Source of the DNA: Candidatus Choladousia intestinavium
GTDB lineage: Bacteria; Bacillota; Clostridia; Lachnospirales; Lachnospiraceae
DNA: 64,000 bases
Assembly: GCA_018712785.1 (NCBI GenBank)
Contig: DVGK01000112.1
Location: forward strand, 399 to 64,398
Direction: 5' to 3'
Part shown: positions 9,953 to 19,630 of the stretch, one piece after another
How the letters are laid out: each line of letters begins with the position of its first letter
Position numbering within the stretch: the first letter of the stretch is position 1
Translations under genes and position numbers: made by a program
Notes under the pieces: generated by a model
The model's database searches: none
Told to the model about the DNA's origin: nothing
The model's input: only the letters and a program-made list of their open reading frames with translations

Positions 9953-10912
9953 GTGTTCGATTTCAACAAACCTAAAATAGAGATAGCTGAGATGTCAGAG
10001 GATAAGACGTTTGGAAGATTTGTAGTTGAACCGCTGGAGAGGGGCTATGGCACAACCCTTGGAAACTCACTGAGAAGGATTATGCTTTCTTCTCTTCCGG
10101 GGGCAGCTGTGAGCCAGGTGAAAATCGAAGGCGTATTACATGAATTCAGCTCTATCCCTGGTGTGAAAGAGGACGTCACTGAGATTATTATGAATATCAA
10201 ATCACTGGCTATCAAGAATACCAGTGAGACGAATGAAGCCAAAGTAGCGTATATCGAGTATGAAGGCGAGGGAGTTGTGACCGGCGCGGATATTCAGGTA
10301 GACCAGGATATCGAGATCATGAATCCCGACCAGGTAATCGCCACCTTAAACGGGGGCCCGGACTGCAAGCTGTATATGGAGCTTACTATCACCAAGGGCC
10401 GCGGTTATGTCAGCGCTGAGAAGGGCAAGACAGAGGACATGCCCATCGGTGTGATTGCGGTGGACGCGATTTACACTCCTGTTGAGAGGGTGAACCTTAC
10501 CGTAGAAAATACGCGTGTAGGCCAGATTACAGATTATGATAAGCTGACCCTTGATGTATATACAAACGCGACTCTTGAGCCGGACGAGGCTGTAAGCCTG
10601 GCGGCGAAGGTACTGAGCGCCCATCTGGGACTTTTCATTGACCTGTCTGAGAACGCGAAATCAGCAGAGGTCATGATTGAGAAAGAGGATAACGAAAAGG
10701 AGAAGGTTCTGGAGATGAATATCGACGAACTGGAGCTTTCCGTGCGTTCCTTTAACTGTCTGAAACGGGCGGGCATCAATACCGTAGAGGAGCTGTGCAA
10801 CAGAACTCCTGAGGATATGATGAAAGTTCGGAATCTGGGAAGAAAATCCCTGGAGGAGGTTCTTGCCAAGTTAAAAGAACTGGGACTGTCTCTGCATCCC
10901 AGTGAAGAGTGA
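9953..10912 (+). CDS. rpoA: DNA-directed RNA polymerase alpha subunit (GTG start)
   Basis: [27 protein letters not shown]; C-terminal [17 protein letters not shown]. Confidence 0.96.
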   Translation: MFDFNKPKIEIAEMSEDKTFGRFVVEPLERGYGTTLGNSLRRIMLSSLPGAAVSQVKIEGVLHEFSSIPGVKEDVTEIIMNIKSLAIKNTSETNEAKVAYIEYEGEGVVTGADIQVDQDIEIMNPDQVIATLNGGPDCKLYMELTITKGRGYVSAEKGKTEDMPIGVIAVDAIYTPVERVNLTVENTRVGQITDYDKLTLDVYTNATLEPDEAVSLAAKVLSAHLGLFIDLSENAKSAEVMIEKEDNEKEKVLEMNIDELELSVRSFNCLKRAGINTVEELCNRTPEDMMKVRNLGRKSLEEVLAKLKELGLSLHPSEE

Positions 10913-10999
10913 TAGCTTAAATAATTGAATGGATAAGAAAGCATACAGCCAGTAAGCCCGAAGCGCATGGCTGTGTGTGCCGGAATGGAGGAAAAACAG

Positions 11000-11536
11000 A
11001 TGTCAGGTTATAGAAAGCTCAGCAGAACCTCGGATCAGAGGAAGGCTCTGCTTAGAAACCAGGTGACTGCCCTGCTGTACAGAGGAAAGATCATTACCAC
11101 AGAGGCTAAAGCCAAGGAAGTACGCAAGGTGGCGGAAGGTCTGATTGCCCTTGCTGTAAAAGAGAAAGATAATTATGAGACGGTTACAGTGACTGCCAAG
11201 GTTCCGCGGAAGGACAAGGACGGCAAGAGAGTAAAAGAGGTTGTTGACGGCAAGAAGGTAACCGTATACGATGAAGTACAGAAGGAGATTAAGAAAGATA
11301 ATCCCAGCAGACTTCACGCGAGACGCCAGATGCTTAAGGTTCTCTATCCTGTAAAGGAAGTTCCCAAGGAAGCAGCCGGCAGAAAGAAAAATACAAAGGA
11401 GATCGACCTTGCTGCAAAGCTGTTTGATGAGATCGCTCCCAAGTACGCAAACCGCAACGGCGGATATACCAGAATCGTAAAGATCGGACAGCGCCGTGGT
11501 GACGGTGCAATGGAAGTTGTGCTTGAACTGGTTTAA
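11000..11536 (+). CDS. rplQ: 50S ribosomal protein L17 (178 aa, carries internal insertions)
   Basis: [21 protein letters not shown]-terminus and [18 protein letters not shown]-terminus. GGAGG lies 8 nt before ATG 11000. Confidence 0.93.
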   Translation: MSGYRKLSRTSDQRKALLRNQVTALLYRGKIITTEAKAKEVRKVAEGLIALAVKEKDNYETVTVTAKVPRKDKDGKRVKEVVDGKKVTVYDEVQKEIKKDNPSRLHARRQMLKVLYPVKEVPKEAAGRKKNTKEIDLAAKLFDEIAPKYANRNGGYTRIVKIGQRRGDGAMEVVLELV

Positions 11537-11549
11537 TACAGAAGTTTCA

Positions 11550-11592
11550 GAAAACCATTGGTCTGTTCCTGCAGGCTGATGGTTTTTCTTTT
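11550..11592 (+). terminator. Rho-independent terminator closing the ribosomal superoperon
   Basis: GAAAACCAT ... ATGGTTTTTC stem followed by a T-rich tail. Confidence 0.6.
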
Positions 11593-11692
11593 GAAAAGCG
11601 AGATAAATACTCAGGGTGAAACATAGAATCATAGAAAGCGGCCCGGTATGGGACTGGGCGAAAGGTATCAAAATCAGATAGGAGAATACAGA

Positions 11693-12544
11693 ATGAATCA
11701 GAAAACAAGCAGCAAACCCTCTGTTTTAAGATTAGTTTTGCAGATTTTTCAGGGAGCGCTGATCGGTCTGGGAGCCGTGCTGCCTGGAATCTCCGGCGGC
11801 GTGCTCTGCGTTGTATTCGGCATATATAAGACGATCATGGAGCTGCTCTCGAATCCCTTCCGGAATTTCAAAACCCATGTGCCGAAGCTGATTCCCGTTA
11901 TTATAGGAGCAGCCATCGGATTTCTGGGAATCGCCAATCTTCTGTCCTATTTCCTGGAGAGATATCCGGACACCTCCGTGTGCCTTTTTGTGGGATTGAT
12001 TACAGGAATGCTTCCCTCTCTGTTCCGTGAGGCGGGCGAGCAGGGAAGAACCCCCGGCTCCTTCTTCTCCATGGGAATTGCCATGGCGGTGATCTTTGCC
12101 CTTCTTGGCTGGCTGAACGCGGCGTCTATTGTGATTACGCCGAATTTCGGATGGTATCTTTTCTGCGGCTTCTGCCTTGCCCTCAGCGTGATCGCTCCCG
12201 GTATGAGCTTCTCCACACTGCTTATGCCCCTGGGACTGTATACGCCTTTTGTGGACGGAATCGGCCATCTCGATTTTTCGGTTCTGATTCCAGGGGGAAT
12301 CGGAGCGCTGGTTACAGTGATCTGCCTTGCCAAGGCTGTCAACGCCCTGTTTGATCACTTTTATAATCTGGCGTTTCATGCCATTATCGGAATTGTGATT
12401 GCCGCTACGGTCATGATCATTCCCTTTGACAGCTTTACTGTTTCTGCCGGTCAGACCATGACAAATCTTTTCTATCTGGTGATCGGAATTATAGCGGCTC
12501 TGGTTCTGGATTACTTCAATCAGAAGGTGCCTGTGGAGCAGTGA
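11693..12544 (+). CDS. DUF368-family polytopic membrane protein (family implicated in undecaprenyl-phosphate recycling)
   Basis: GLGAVLPGISGGV motif, repeated as APGMSFST in the second half. About 8 TM segments. Start chosen at the ATG after AGGAGA. Confidence 0.7.
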   Translation: MNQKTSSKPSVLRLVLQIFQGALIGLGAVLPGISGGVLCVVFGIYKTIMELLSNPFRNFKTHVPKLIPVIIGAAIGFLGIANLLSYFLERYPDTSVCLFVGLITGMLPSLFREAGEQGRTPGSFFSMGIAMAVIFALLGWLNAASIVITPNFGWYLFCGFCLALSVIAPGMSFSTLLMPLGLYTPFVDGIGHLDFSVLIPGGIGALVTVICLAKAVNALFDHFYNLAFHAIIGIVIAATVMIIPFDSFTVSAGQTMTNLFYLVIGIIAALVLDYFNQKVPVEQ

Positions 12545-12547
12545 GAT

Positions 12548-13012
12548 TCAGGATTCCTCCTCCTGAAAGGGAGGAAGAATGGAATAGATATTTTTTTCAG
12601 TTCTTAAGACATAATGGGTGCGGGTCATACCGACACCCTTTTGTTCTTTTATGCTGCGGTGAATTTCCTCCAGATCTTTGGAGGAGCGGCAGCAGATTTT
12701 CAGCATATAGTCGAATTCTCCTGTGAGATAATAGCAGGATACGATGTTGGGATGTTTTTGAATATAATGTACAAAGCTGTCAGAATACCTGGGATGCTCC
12801 AGACTGATTTCCATAAGAGCGGTCAGATCGTTTCCGAGACGCACTTCATCCGTAATCACTGTATAAGAACGGATGATTCCGGAGGCCTCCAGCTTATGGA
12901 TCCGGTCAATGACAGAAGATACAGAGAGATGAATCTCTCTGGCCAGATCGGAGGCTTTTATCCGTGCATTCTTCTTCAGGGCAGCTACTATTCGATAATC
13001 CAGAGCATCCAT
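12548..13012 (-). CDS. Lrp/AsnC-family transcriptional regulator
   Basis: MDALDYRIVAALKKNARIKASDLAREIHLSVSSVIDRIHKLEASGII is an HTH_AsnC N-terminus, followed by an AsnC_trans_reg-like C-terminus. Confidence 0.9.
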   Translation of the reverse strand: MDALDYRIVAALKKNARIKASDLAREIHLSVSSVIDRIHKLEASGIIRSYTVITDEVRLGNDLTALMEISLEHPRYSDSFVHYIQKHPNIVSCYYLTGEFDYMLKICCRSSKDLEEIHRSIKEQKGVGMTRTHYVLRTEKNIYSILPPFQEEES

Positions 13013-13028
13013 AAAAATTCCCCTTTCT

Positions 13029-13916
13029 TCAGGCTGAGATGGGACTGGGCGAAGAGGCCAGACGTTTTTCGGACAATTTCATCAGATCTGTGAGGATTTC
13101 CTTTTCCACCTGAAAAGAGAATCCGTCTACGCTTACCTGAGGCTTCTGGACCACTCCGTCCACACACCCTTTTTGTACAATTTTTTTCAGATACGCTTCC
13201 AGCTTTGAGATGCCGGGAAGAAGCTTCTCTCCCTCCAGCATTTCCATCCAGGCCGCGAGGCCGTAGGCCCCCCAGTTTGAGGTGGTGGCGATGATCAGTT
13301 CATCCACCTGAACCGCGCAGGGGGTAAACTGCAGCTTTCTGGCGATTACGTCCTTCAGATTTCCCATGCCGATTTCATTTCCGCCGTCGCCGATTCCCAC
13401 TGTGAGAATCCCTCTGGAGCGGGCCAGATCAAACATGGTGTCGATGGGAGCAGTTTTGCTGGCAATGCTGATACCGCGCATATTAATGTAGTCCTTCTCC
13501 GCCGTTTTTCCGCAGCGCTCCACGGAGATCAGGCAGACCGGCTGGTAGCGGGTCAGAAGCTCCCGGTAGATCCTGGAATCGGAGTTCACGGGAACGTATT
13601 CTACAGGAATTTTTTCCGACTCAAAAAGATTGCGGCAGTAATCGTCTGTGATCATAATGGGTGAGAAGCCCAGCTTCTGCAGGGCCTTTGCCAGAATAAA
13701 AGCGCCGGGAGGACCGTCTGTCTCCGCGTGTCCGTTTACATAGAAGCCGGTAGTGAGAAGCACAGTACCTCTCTCCAGGGCCAGAATCCGGTCAGCAGCT
13801 TCTTTGCAGAAATCTTTTTTCATATATTCCCGGAGGACAGTCATGCCTCTGGCGGAATAGCGGAGCATAATATCCTCGATGGACGACTGTTTTGGGACGG
13901 TTTTTGTCTCACTCAT
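13029..13916 (-). CDS. DUF4392 (D-glutamate cyclase-like) domain protein
   Basis: ETDGPPGA and GIGDGGNEIGMG motifs, as I remember them for DUF4392. Overlaps pxpA by 8 nt. Confidence 0.7.
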   Translation of the reverse strand: MSETKTVPKQSSIEDIMLRYSARGMTVLREYMKKDFCKEAADRILALERGTVLLTTGFYVNGHAETDGPPGAFILAKALQKLGFSPIMITDDYCRNLFESEKIPVEYVPVNSDSRIYRELLTRYQPVCLISVERCGKTAEKDYINMRGISIASKTAPIDTMFDLARSRGILTVGIGDGGNEIGMGNLKDVIARKLQFTPCAVQVDELIIATTSNWGAYGLAAWMEMLEGEKLLPGISKLEAYLKKIVQKGCVDGVVQKPQVSVDGFSFQVEKEILTDLMKLSEKRLASSPSPISA

Positions 13917-14697
13917 GATCCTTTCCTCCCTTGGCTAACTCATATAACGGAACAATCTGGATCCCATTCTCTTTCAGGGCCCGGCGAATCTGCCGGACGA
14001 AGGAAAGAGCAGAGGGACTATCCCCGTGAACGCAGATGGAATCTGCCTCCACTTCAATCTCTTTTCCGGTAATGGCCTCTACAGTACCTTTCTCAACCAT
14101 CTGAATGACCCGGCGGATGGCTTCATTCTCATCTGTAATCATAGAACCGGGTTTGCTTCTGGGCACCAGGGAGCCGTCCTCCTCATAAGCCCGGTCCGCG
14201 AAGACCTCCCGGGCCGCCCTCAAGCCGCATTTCCTGGCGGAGCGGATTAGTTCACTGTGGGCCGGGGCCAAAAGAATCAGCTGGTCGTCCACGGCTGCGA
14301 TTCCCCGGCAGATGGCGTCAGCGATCAGGGCATCCTTCGCAGCCATATTGTATAAAGCCCCGTGGGGCTTTACATGACACAGCGGTACGTCCTTGGCCCG
14401 GCAGAAGGCTAAAAGAGCGCCGATCTGGTATTCCACCAGGGCGGTGATTTCCGGCGCTGGAATGCTCATATTCCTTCTGCCGAAACCCACCAGATCCGGA
14501 AAGCCGGGATGAGCGCCTACGCTTACGTGGCTGTTCCTGGCGGATTCCACGGTCTTTTCCATGGTCAGCGGGTCAGAAGCGTGAAATCCGCAGGCTACGT
14601 TGGCTGAGGTGATCAGAGGAAGAATCTGGTCGTCCATGCCGCAGACATAGTTTCCAAAGCTTTCTCCCAAATCACAGTTTAAATCAACCGTATACAT
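13909..14697 (-). CDS. pxpA: 5-oxoprolinase subunit A (LamB/YcsF family)
   Basis: DLNCDLGESFG...ANVACGFHASDP...HVKPHGALYN is the LamB/YcsF signature. Confidence 0.9.
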   Translation of the reverse strand: MYTVDLNCDLGESFGNYVCGMDDQILPLITSANVACGFHASDPLTMEKTVESARNSHVSVGAHPGFPDLVGFGRRNMSIPAPEITALVEYQIGALLAFCRAKDVPLCHVKPHGALYNMAAKDALIADAICRGIAAVDDQLILLAPAHSELIRSARKCGLRAAREVFADRAYEEDGSLVPRSKPGSMITDENEAIRRVIQMVEKGTVEAITGKEIEVEADSICVHGDSPSALSFVRQIRRALKENGIQIVPLYELAKGGKDHE

Positions 14698-14728
14698 AAA
14701 GATGCTCCTTTCTGCTGATGTAAAAACT

Positions 14729-15514
14729 TTAATACTTGAGATTGATATTTTTAATATCGGTAATGAACATATGTCCCGGCGCGTGGGTGATGGCGAAAGG
14801 CGGTTTCGAGGCCATCACCGCGTTCTGAGGCGTAACGCCGCAGGGCCAGAAAACGGGAACCTCACCGGGCTGAATGGTTACAGGGTCGCCGAAGTCCGGC
14901 TTCGCCAGATCCCGAATTCCGATTACGGAAGGGTCGCCGATGTGTACGGGAGCGCCGTGAACCTTCGGCATTTCCCCTGTAATCTGGACGGCCTTTGGAA
15001 TCAGGCTGCAGGGAAGAGGGCGCATGCTGACGACCATGTTTCCGTGAAAAGCCCCGGCGGGCACACAGGGGAGATTCGTGCGGTACATGGGAACATTTTT
15101 TCCCTCTTCAATATGGCGGACAGGAACTCCGGCCTCCAGAAGATCCGCTTCAAAAGAAAAGCTGCAGCCGATCAGAAAGCTTACAAGGTCGTCCCGCCAG
15201 AAATCCGCCACCTCCCGGTATTCACCCTCCAGGACGCCGTCCCGGTAGACGCGGTACAGAGGCAGATCTAACGCGATATCAGAGCCTGGCGCGGTCCGGG
15301 AAAAGCAGCGGCTTCCTATATCGCTGACCTCCAGAAGGGGACAGGACTTTGGATTCCTCTGAGTAAACAAAAGAAAATCATAAGCCAGATCCTTAGGCAG
15401 CACCACCAGGTTTCCCTGGGCGTAACCACTGCACATGCCGGGAGTGGGACCTGTGATTTCACCTTTTCGAATCATAAGCCTGACTTGTTCAGGCTTCATG
15501 GCGGATGTATTCAT
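14729..15514 (-). CDS. DUF1445 / UPF0317 putative hydro-lyase (YcsI-like, D-glutamate cyclase catalytic-type domain)
   Basis: [53 protein letters not shown] matches the UPF0317 N-terminal signature. Confidence 0.8.
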   Translation of the reverse strand: MNTSAMKPEQVRLMIRKGEITGPTPGMCSGYAQGNLVVLPKDLAYDFLLFTQRNPKSCPLLEVSDIGSRCFSRTAPGSDIALDLPLYRVYRDGVLEGEYREVADFWRDDLVSFLIGCSFSFEADLLEAGVPVRHIEEGKNVPMYRTNLPCVPAGAFHGNMVVSMRPLPCSLIPKAVQITGEMPKVHGAPVHIGDPSVIGIRDLAKPDFGDPVTIQPGEVPVFWPCGVTPQNAVMASKPPFAITHAPGHMFITDIKNINLKY

Positions 15515-16424
15515 AAATGTCTCCTTTCTGAGCTGACAGTTCCTGGGCCTCTTCTACAGAAATTCGGGAAAATCTTACCGTATCGCCGGGGCGGCACTGC
15601 ACCAGCCCGGGCAGGTCCAGGGAAAAAACAGTTGCGATTTTGGCATAGCCTCCTGTAGTCTGCCGGTCTGCCAGAAGGATAATCGGCTTTCCGGAGGAGG
15701 GAACCTGTATGGAGCCAAAGACAATGGCGTCAGAGATAATATCGGTTCCCCGGAGACTTTCAATTTCCGGCCCATCCATCCGGTATCCCATCCGGTCACT
15801 GTCAGGAGTAATGGTGTAGGAGGAAGAATAGAAGGTTTCAAGGCCATTCTCTGTAAAGGCTTCCTCCTGAGGACCCGGGATGACGCGGACAGTCACCTGA
15901 CTCTCATAGACGGCAGGGGGCAGGCTTCTGTTTAAAAGTTCAGCTTCCGGTACGGAAGAAGCCCCCACTGGGATCCGGTCCCCGGCCTTTAAAGCCCGGC
16001 CTTCCAATCCACCCAGAGAACATTTGATGCTGGTGGACCGGCTGCCCAGAACCACAGGAACATCAATGCCTCCTGCCAGAGCCAGGCAGGTCCGGCAGCC
16101 GTTTTCCGCCATCCCAAGGGAGAGAACCTGCCCGGCCTTTACCGAAAAGGGACGGTACATGGGGACGGGCCGGCCGTCCAGAGCGGGCTTCATATCGGCG
16201 CCTGTGAGAACGGCTGTCTCATCTGACTCAAAGAGATAGCTGCCGCCGTATATGGTGTGTTCCAAAACGGCCTCTCCGGCTGTGTTCCCTGCCAAGGCGT
16301 TGGCCGCGGCATAAGCATCCCGGTCCATAACGCCTCCGCAGGGAATGCCGGACTGCTGGTATCCCATCCGGCCCAGATCCTGAACCGTGGTCAGGGCGCC
16401 GGGAATCAAAACCTTCAGGCTCAT
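15489..16424 (-). CDS. pxpC: 5-oxoprolinase subunit C (KipA / allophanate hydrolase subunit 2 family)
   Basis: [32 protein letters not shown] and the [12 protein letters not shown]...[11 protein letters not shown] motifs. Confidence 0.9.
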   Translation of the reverse strand: MSLKVLIPGALTTVQDLGRMGYQQSGIPCGGVMDRDAYAAANALAGNTAGEAVLEHTIYGGSYLFESDETAVLTGADMKPALDGRPVPMYRPFSVKAGQVLSLGMAENGCRTCLALAGGIDVPVVLGSRSTSIKCSLGGLEGRALKAGDRIPVGASSVPEAELLNRSLPPAVYESQVTVRVIPGPQEEAFTENGLETFYSSSYTITPDSDRMGYRMDGPEIESLRGTDIISDAIVFGSIQVPSSGKPIILLADRQTTGGYAKIATVFSLDLPGLVQCRPGDTVRFSRISVEEAQELSAQKGDIYEYIRHEA

Positions 16425-17155
16425 GCCTGACTCCCCCTTTCCGTGATGTCTATCTTGTACGTTCCCCGGAGGATCATCTGCCGGATATCGTAGTAGTCCA
16501 AAATCGTTACAGGAACAAAGCGAATGTAATCCCCGGGGCGGCAGAGAACCGGTTCACTCCGGCCCGGATCATAGAAATCCACGGGTGTGCCGCCGATGAG
16601 CCGCCATCCTCCCGGCGAATCCAGAGGATAGACACCGGTCTGGCTGCCGCCGATTCCCACAGCTCCTTTTGGGATCTTCAGTCTGGGAACCGACAGCCGG
16701 GGGATATGAAGCCTCGGGTCAAGCCCACCAAGATAAACGAATCCCGGAAGAAATCCCAGCATATAGACCTTATAATCTGTGGAACTGTGAATGGCAATAA
16801 TTTCATCCCGGTCCAGTCCGGTGTGCTTTTCCATATCCGCGAGATCCGGACCGAAACGCGCCCCGTAGCAGCAGGGAATCTTCAGAAGACGTCCGGATTT
16901 TTCTTCCGCCGTCTCCGCCTGGGCGGCCAGACGGCGGATTTCCATGGCCAGACTGCCATATTTTATAGTCAAAGGATCATAGTACACAGTAAGAGAGCAG
17001 AAAGTCGGAACCAGTTCCAGTACTCCGGGAATTTCTTTGTGTGTGATTGCTTCCGCCAGAGCCCGCACCTGATCGTTGATAACGGGATCCACAGCGTTTC
17101 CGAACTGCAGTGTCAGAGCCTGATCGCCTGACGGGTACACTTTCGGCTCTCTCAT
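16421..17155 (-). CDS. pxpB: 5-oxoprolinase subunit B (KipI / allophanate hydrolase subunit 1 family)
   Basis: YPSGDQALTLQFGN...ELVPTFCSLTVYYDP...GGSQTGVYPLDSPGGWRLIG; 4-nt overlap with pxpC. Confidence 0.9.
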   Translation of the reverse strand: MREPKVYPSGDQALTLQFGNAVDPVINDQVRALAEAITHKEIPGVLELVPTFCSLTVYYDPLTIKYGSLAMEIRRLAAQAETAEEKSGRLLKIPCCYGARFGPDLADMEKHTGLDRDEIIAIHSSTDYKVYMLGFLPGFVYLGGLDPRLHIPRLSVPRLKIPKGAVGIGGSQTGVYPLDSPGGWRLIGGTPVDFYDPGRSEPVLCRPGDYIRFVPVTILDYYDIRQMILRGTYKIDITERGSQA

Positions 17156-17156
17156 A

Positions 17157-18014
17157 CTATGACACCTGCTTTCTTGTCACTTCGTAAAATTCCTCCAGAA
17201 GAGAGGAGCGGATTTTTTCCATCAGCTCCGGAGCCTTTCCTCCCACCGGCTTTCCGTCGATCTGGCAGGCTCTCAGACAAAGATTGCTGGAGCTGGTCAC
17301 AATGACCTCATCCGCGTCAAAAAGCTCCTTCAGCGTATAAGGCGTCTCGCTTACCGGTACGCCCAGACTCTTGCACATACGGATCAGATGGGCCCTGGCA
17401 ATGCCGGGAAGAATCAGATGATCTGTGGGGGCTGTGTAAAGCACTCCGTCCTTTAAAATATGAACGTTGCTGTGAGCGCATTCTGTGACGCGCCCCCCCG
17501 GACGGTAGAATACACTCTCCTGACAGCCGGCCTCTTTGGCCTTTTGAGCAGCCATGACAGAGGGAATCAGGTTCAGGGTTTTAATGTTGCAGTGGAAAAA
17601 ACGGGTATCCTCTGTGGTAATCAGTTTAATGGGGGTGAGTCCGTCTGAGATTTCCGCCGGCTTAAGCATAACCCAGAGATTTCCCGGCCCCTCTGTGAAA
17701 TCATGGTTCCGGATGCCGGTTCCTCTGGTTACCTGATAATAGACAAAGAGGTTGCCTGTATCCATTTTTAAAACAAGATCATACAGAAGATCCCGCAGCT
17801 CCTGTTTGGTGACAGGCATCTGGATTTTCAGCAGGCCCGCGCTGTTGAAGAACCGGTCGATATGTTCCTCAAGAGCAAAGATTTTATAGTTTCTGGCAGG
17901 TCCTGCATCGTAAACGCCGTCGCCGAACCAGCAGACCCGGTCATTCATGGGAACGGACATCTCAGACAGCTCCCCGTATTTTCCGTTGTAATATCCAAGT
18001 GTTTTCATATTCAT
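17157..18014 (-). CDS. dat: Class IV aminotransferase, D-amino-acid transaminase-like
   Basis: YYQVTRGTGIRNHDF, CNIKTLNLIPSVMAAQKAKEAGCQE and VTECAHSNVHILKDGVLYT align by eye with Bacillus Dat motifs (YFQVTRGT, CDIKSLNLLG, VTEGSSSNVF). Confidence 0.75.
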   Translation of the reverse strand: MNMKTLGYYNGKYGELSEMSVPMNDRVCWFGDGVYDAGPARNYKIFALEEHIDRFFNSAGLLKIQMPVTKQELRDLLYDLVLKMDTGNLFVYYQVTRGTGIRNHDFTEGPGNLWVMLKPAEISDGLTPIKLITTEDTRFFHCNIKTLNLIPSVMAAQKAKEAGCQESVFYRPGGRVTECAHSNVHILKDGVLYTAPTDHLILPGIARAHLIRMCKSLGVPVSETPYTLKELFDADEVIVTSSSNLCLRACQIDGKPVGGKAPELMEKIRSSLLEEFYEVTRKQVS

Positions 18015-18073
18015 CTGCCTCCCTTTACTTTACGGAAAGATCCCCGGCAGCGGCCGGGCCTTTATAAAAGAAA

Positions 18074-18119
18074 ACAGACGGCAGGGGAATCTTTTCTTTA
18101 CGACTCCCTTGCCGTCCGT
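18074..18119 (-). terminator. Promoter-proximal terminator-like hairpin in the leader of the dat-pxp operon
   Basis: 17-bp imperfect stem (ACGGACGGCAAGGGAGT / ATTCCCCTGCCGTCTGT on the minus strand) followed by TTTTCTTTTAT. Candidate TTGACA-17-TAAAAT promoter at 18127-18155 (minus strand). Confidence 0.5.
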
Positions 18120-18362
18120 TTTCTTGATTTTATACAGGTAAGAAAAAAATGTCAAGAATCACTTAAATTTCCTTAAAAATTAGCGCAAATATGGAGATAA
18201 GACAAAAAATATTTTGCAGAACAGGTATTACACGGAAAAATTTCAGGAACAAGCCTTCCAGACCGTTCCTTTACAGGAAAAGACCGGGCGTGATATCATA
18301 TATGAAATGAGAAAATGTTCAGGGAAGACTTCCGGATAAACCGGAAAAAGAGGAGGGAGTCC

Positions 18363-19502
18363 ATGGAACTTTATAAGCTTTGGAAAGAAGTGGAGAAGAA
18401 GTACCAGATGCGTCTGGAGGCGGGAGAAAAGGGCCTGTCAAGGGAGACGGACTGGGTACATATTATTGAATCCCTGCAGGTGGCGGAATTCCTAAGGGGA
18501 GGGGAGCTGGTGCTGACCACCGGAATGAAGGGAGAGGAGCAGTGGCTGCTGGAACTGGGAAAAAAGCTTTGGGAAAAGGAGGCCTGCGGCCTGGTGGTGA
18601 ACCTGGGGCCCTATATTAAGGAAGTTCCCCTGGCGCTTCTGGACTTTGCGGAGGAGAAGGATTTCCCTGTCTTTGTCATGCCCTGGGAGGTGCATCTGGT
18701 GGATGTGACCAGAACCATCTGCGGTCTTCTGAACGAATACGATATGACGGAACAGAAGCTGACGGAAGCGGTGGAGAACGCTCTGTACCACAGCCAGGTT
18801 CCGGAGATGTACCTTCCTTATATGAAGCGGTTTGGCTATCTGGCCGATTATAATTATCAGATCGCGGTTATGGACGTGAAGCTGGCAAGCCAGGATTACA
18901 GCGAGAGAGGAAGAATCTTAAGAGCCGTAAGGGGGCTGTGCCAGGAACTGCCGGTGCGGCCGGTGCTGTTCTGGCAGGAGGAGCGGCTGGTGCTGCTGCT
19001 GGCGGAGGACAGCGTCCCTATGTGCAGAGAGATCGTGGAAAAAGCCGTTTCCCTGGGGGAGAGCCGGAACTACGGACTGAGAGCCGGCATCGGACCGGTG
19101 GTCACTACTCTGGGATGTCTCCCGAGAACGTATGAGCACGCCATGGGAACCCTGGAGCTGGCCAGAAGGAAGCAGGAGAAGCTTTTGGATTATGAAGAGC
19201 TGGGGGCTTATAAGATTATCATGGACGTCCAGGACAGAAAGATGCTGAACCGCTACTGCAACGGCCTGCTGGGACCTGTGATGGAACAGGATGCCAAAAA
19301 ACAGACGGATTATATGGAGATGCTCCGGGAATATATTGAGACCGGCGGCAGCGTCCAGGAGATGGCGGAGCGCCATTTCTGCCACAGGAATACCATTACC
19401 TACAAAATCCAGAAGATAAAAGCTCTCCTGAATGTAGACCTGGACGATATGACCAGGAGGCTGGAAATTCTCCTGGCCTTCCAGATTCTGGACTGTCTGT
19501 AG
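18363..19502 (+). CDS. PucR-family transcriptional regulator
   Basis: C-terminal LREYIETGGSVQEMAERHFCHRNTITYKIQKIKALL is a PucR-type HTH. The N-terminal purine-catabolism-regulator-like region has GELVLTTG. ATG follows GAGGAGGGA. Confidence 0.85.
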   Translation: MELYKLWKEVEKKYQMRLEAGEKGLSRETDWVHIIESLQVAEFLRGGELVLTTGMKGEEQWLLELGKKLWEKEACGLVVNLGPYIKEVPLALLDFAEEKDFPVFVMPWEVHLVDVTRTICGLLNEYDMTEQKLTEAVENALYHSQVPEMYLPYMKRFGYLADYNYQIAVMDVKLASQDYSERGRILRAVRGLCQELPVRPVLFWQEERLVLLLAEDSVPMCREIVEKAVSLGESRNYGLRAGIGPVVTTLGCLPRTYEHAMGTLELARRKQEKLLDYEELGAYKIIMDVQDRKMLNRYCNGLLGPVMEQDAKKQTDYMEMLREYIETGGSVQEMAERHFCHRNTITYKIQKIKALLNVDLDDMTRRLEILLAFQILDCL

Positions 19503-19630
19503 GGAAAAGAACCGGGAAAACGCCTCTTAAGAACCGGATTTCCTGTGCTGGGGCACAAAAAGAAGAAAAAATTTTTGTGCGCGGAGGGTCTGGCCGGAGA
19601 AAAACCCAGGTGATATAATGTTACCATTCA

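Noticed and set aside
10967-10999. Upstream start ([11 protein letters not shown]...) for rplQ.
   Set aside because: The conserved L17 N-terminus begins at MSGYRKL (ATG 11000), which has a GGAGG SD at correct spacing. The upstream codons have none.
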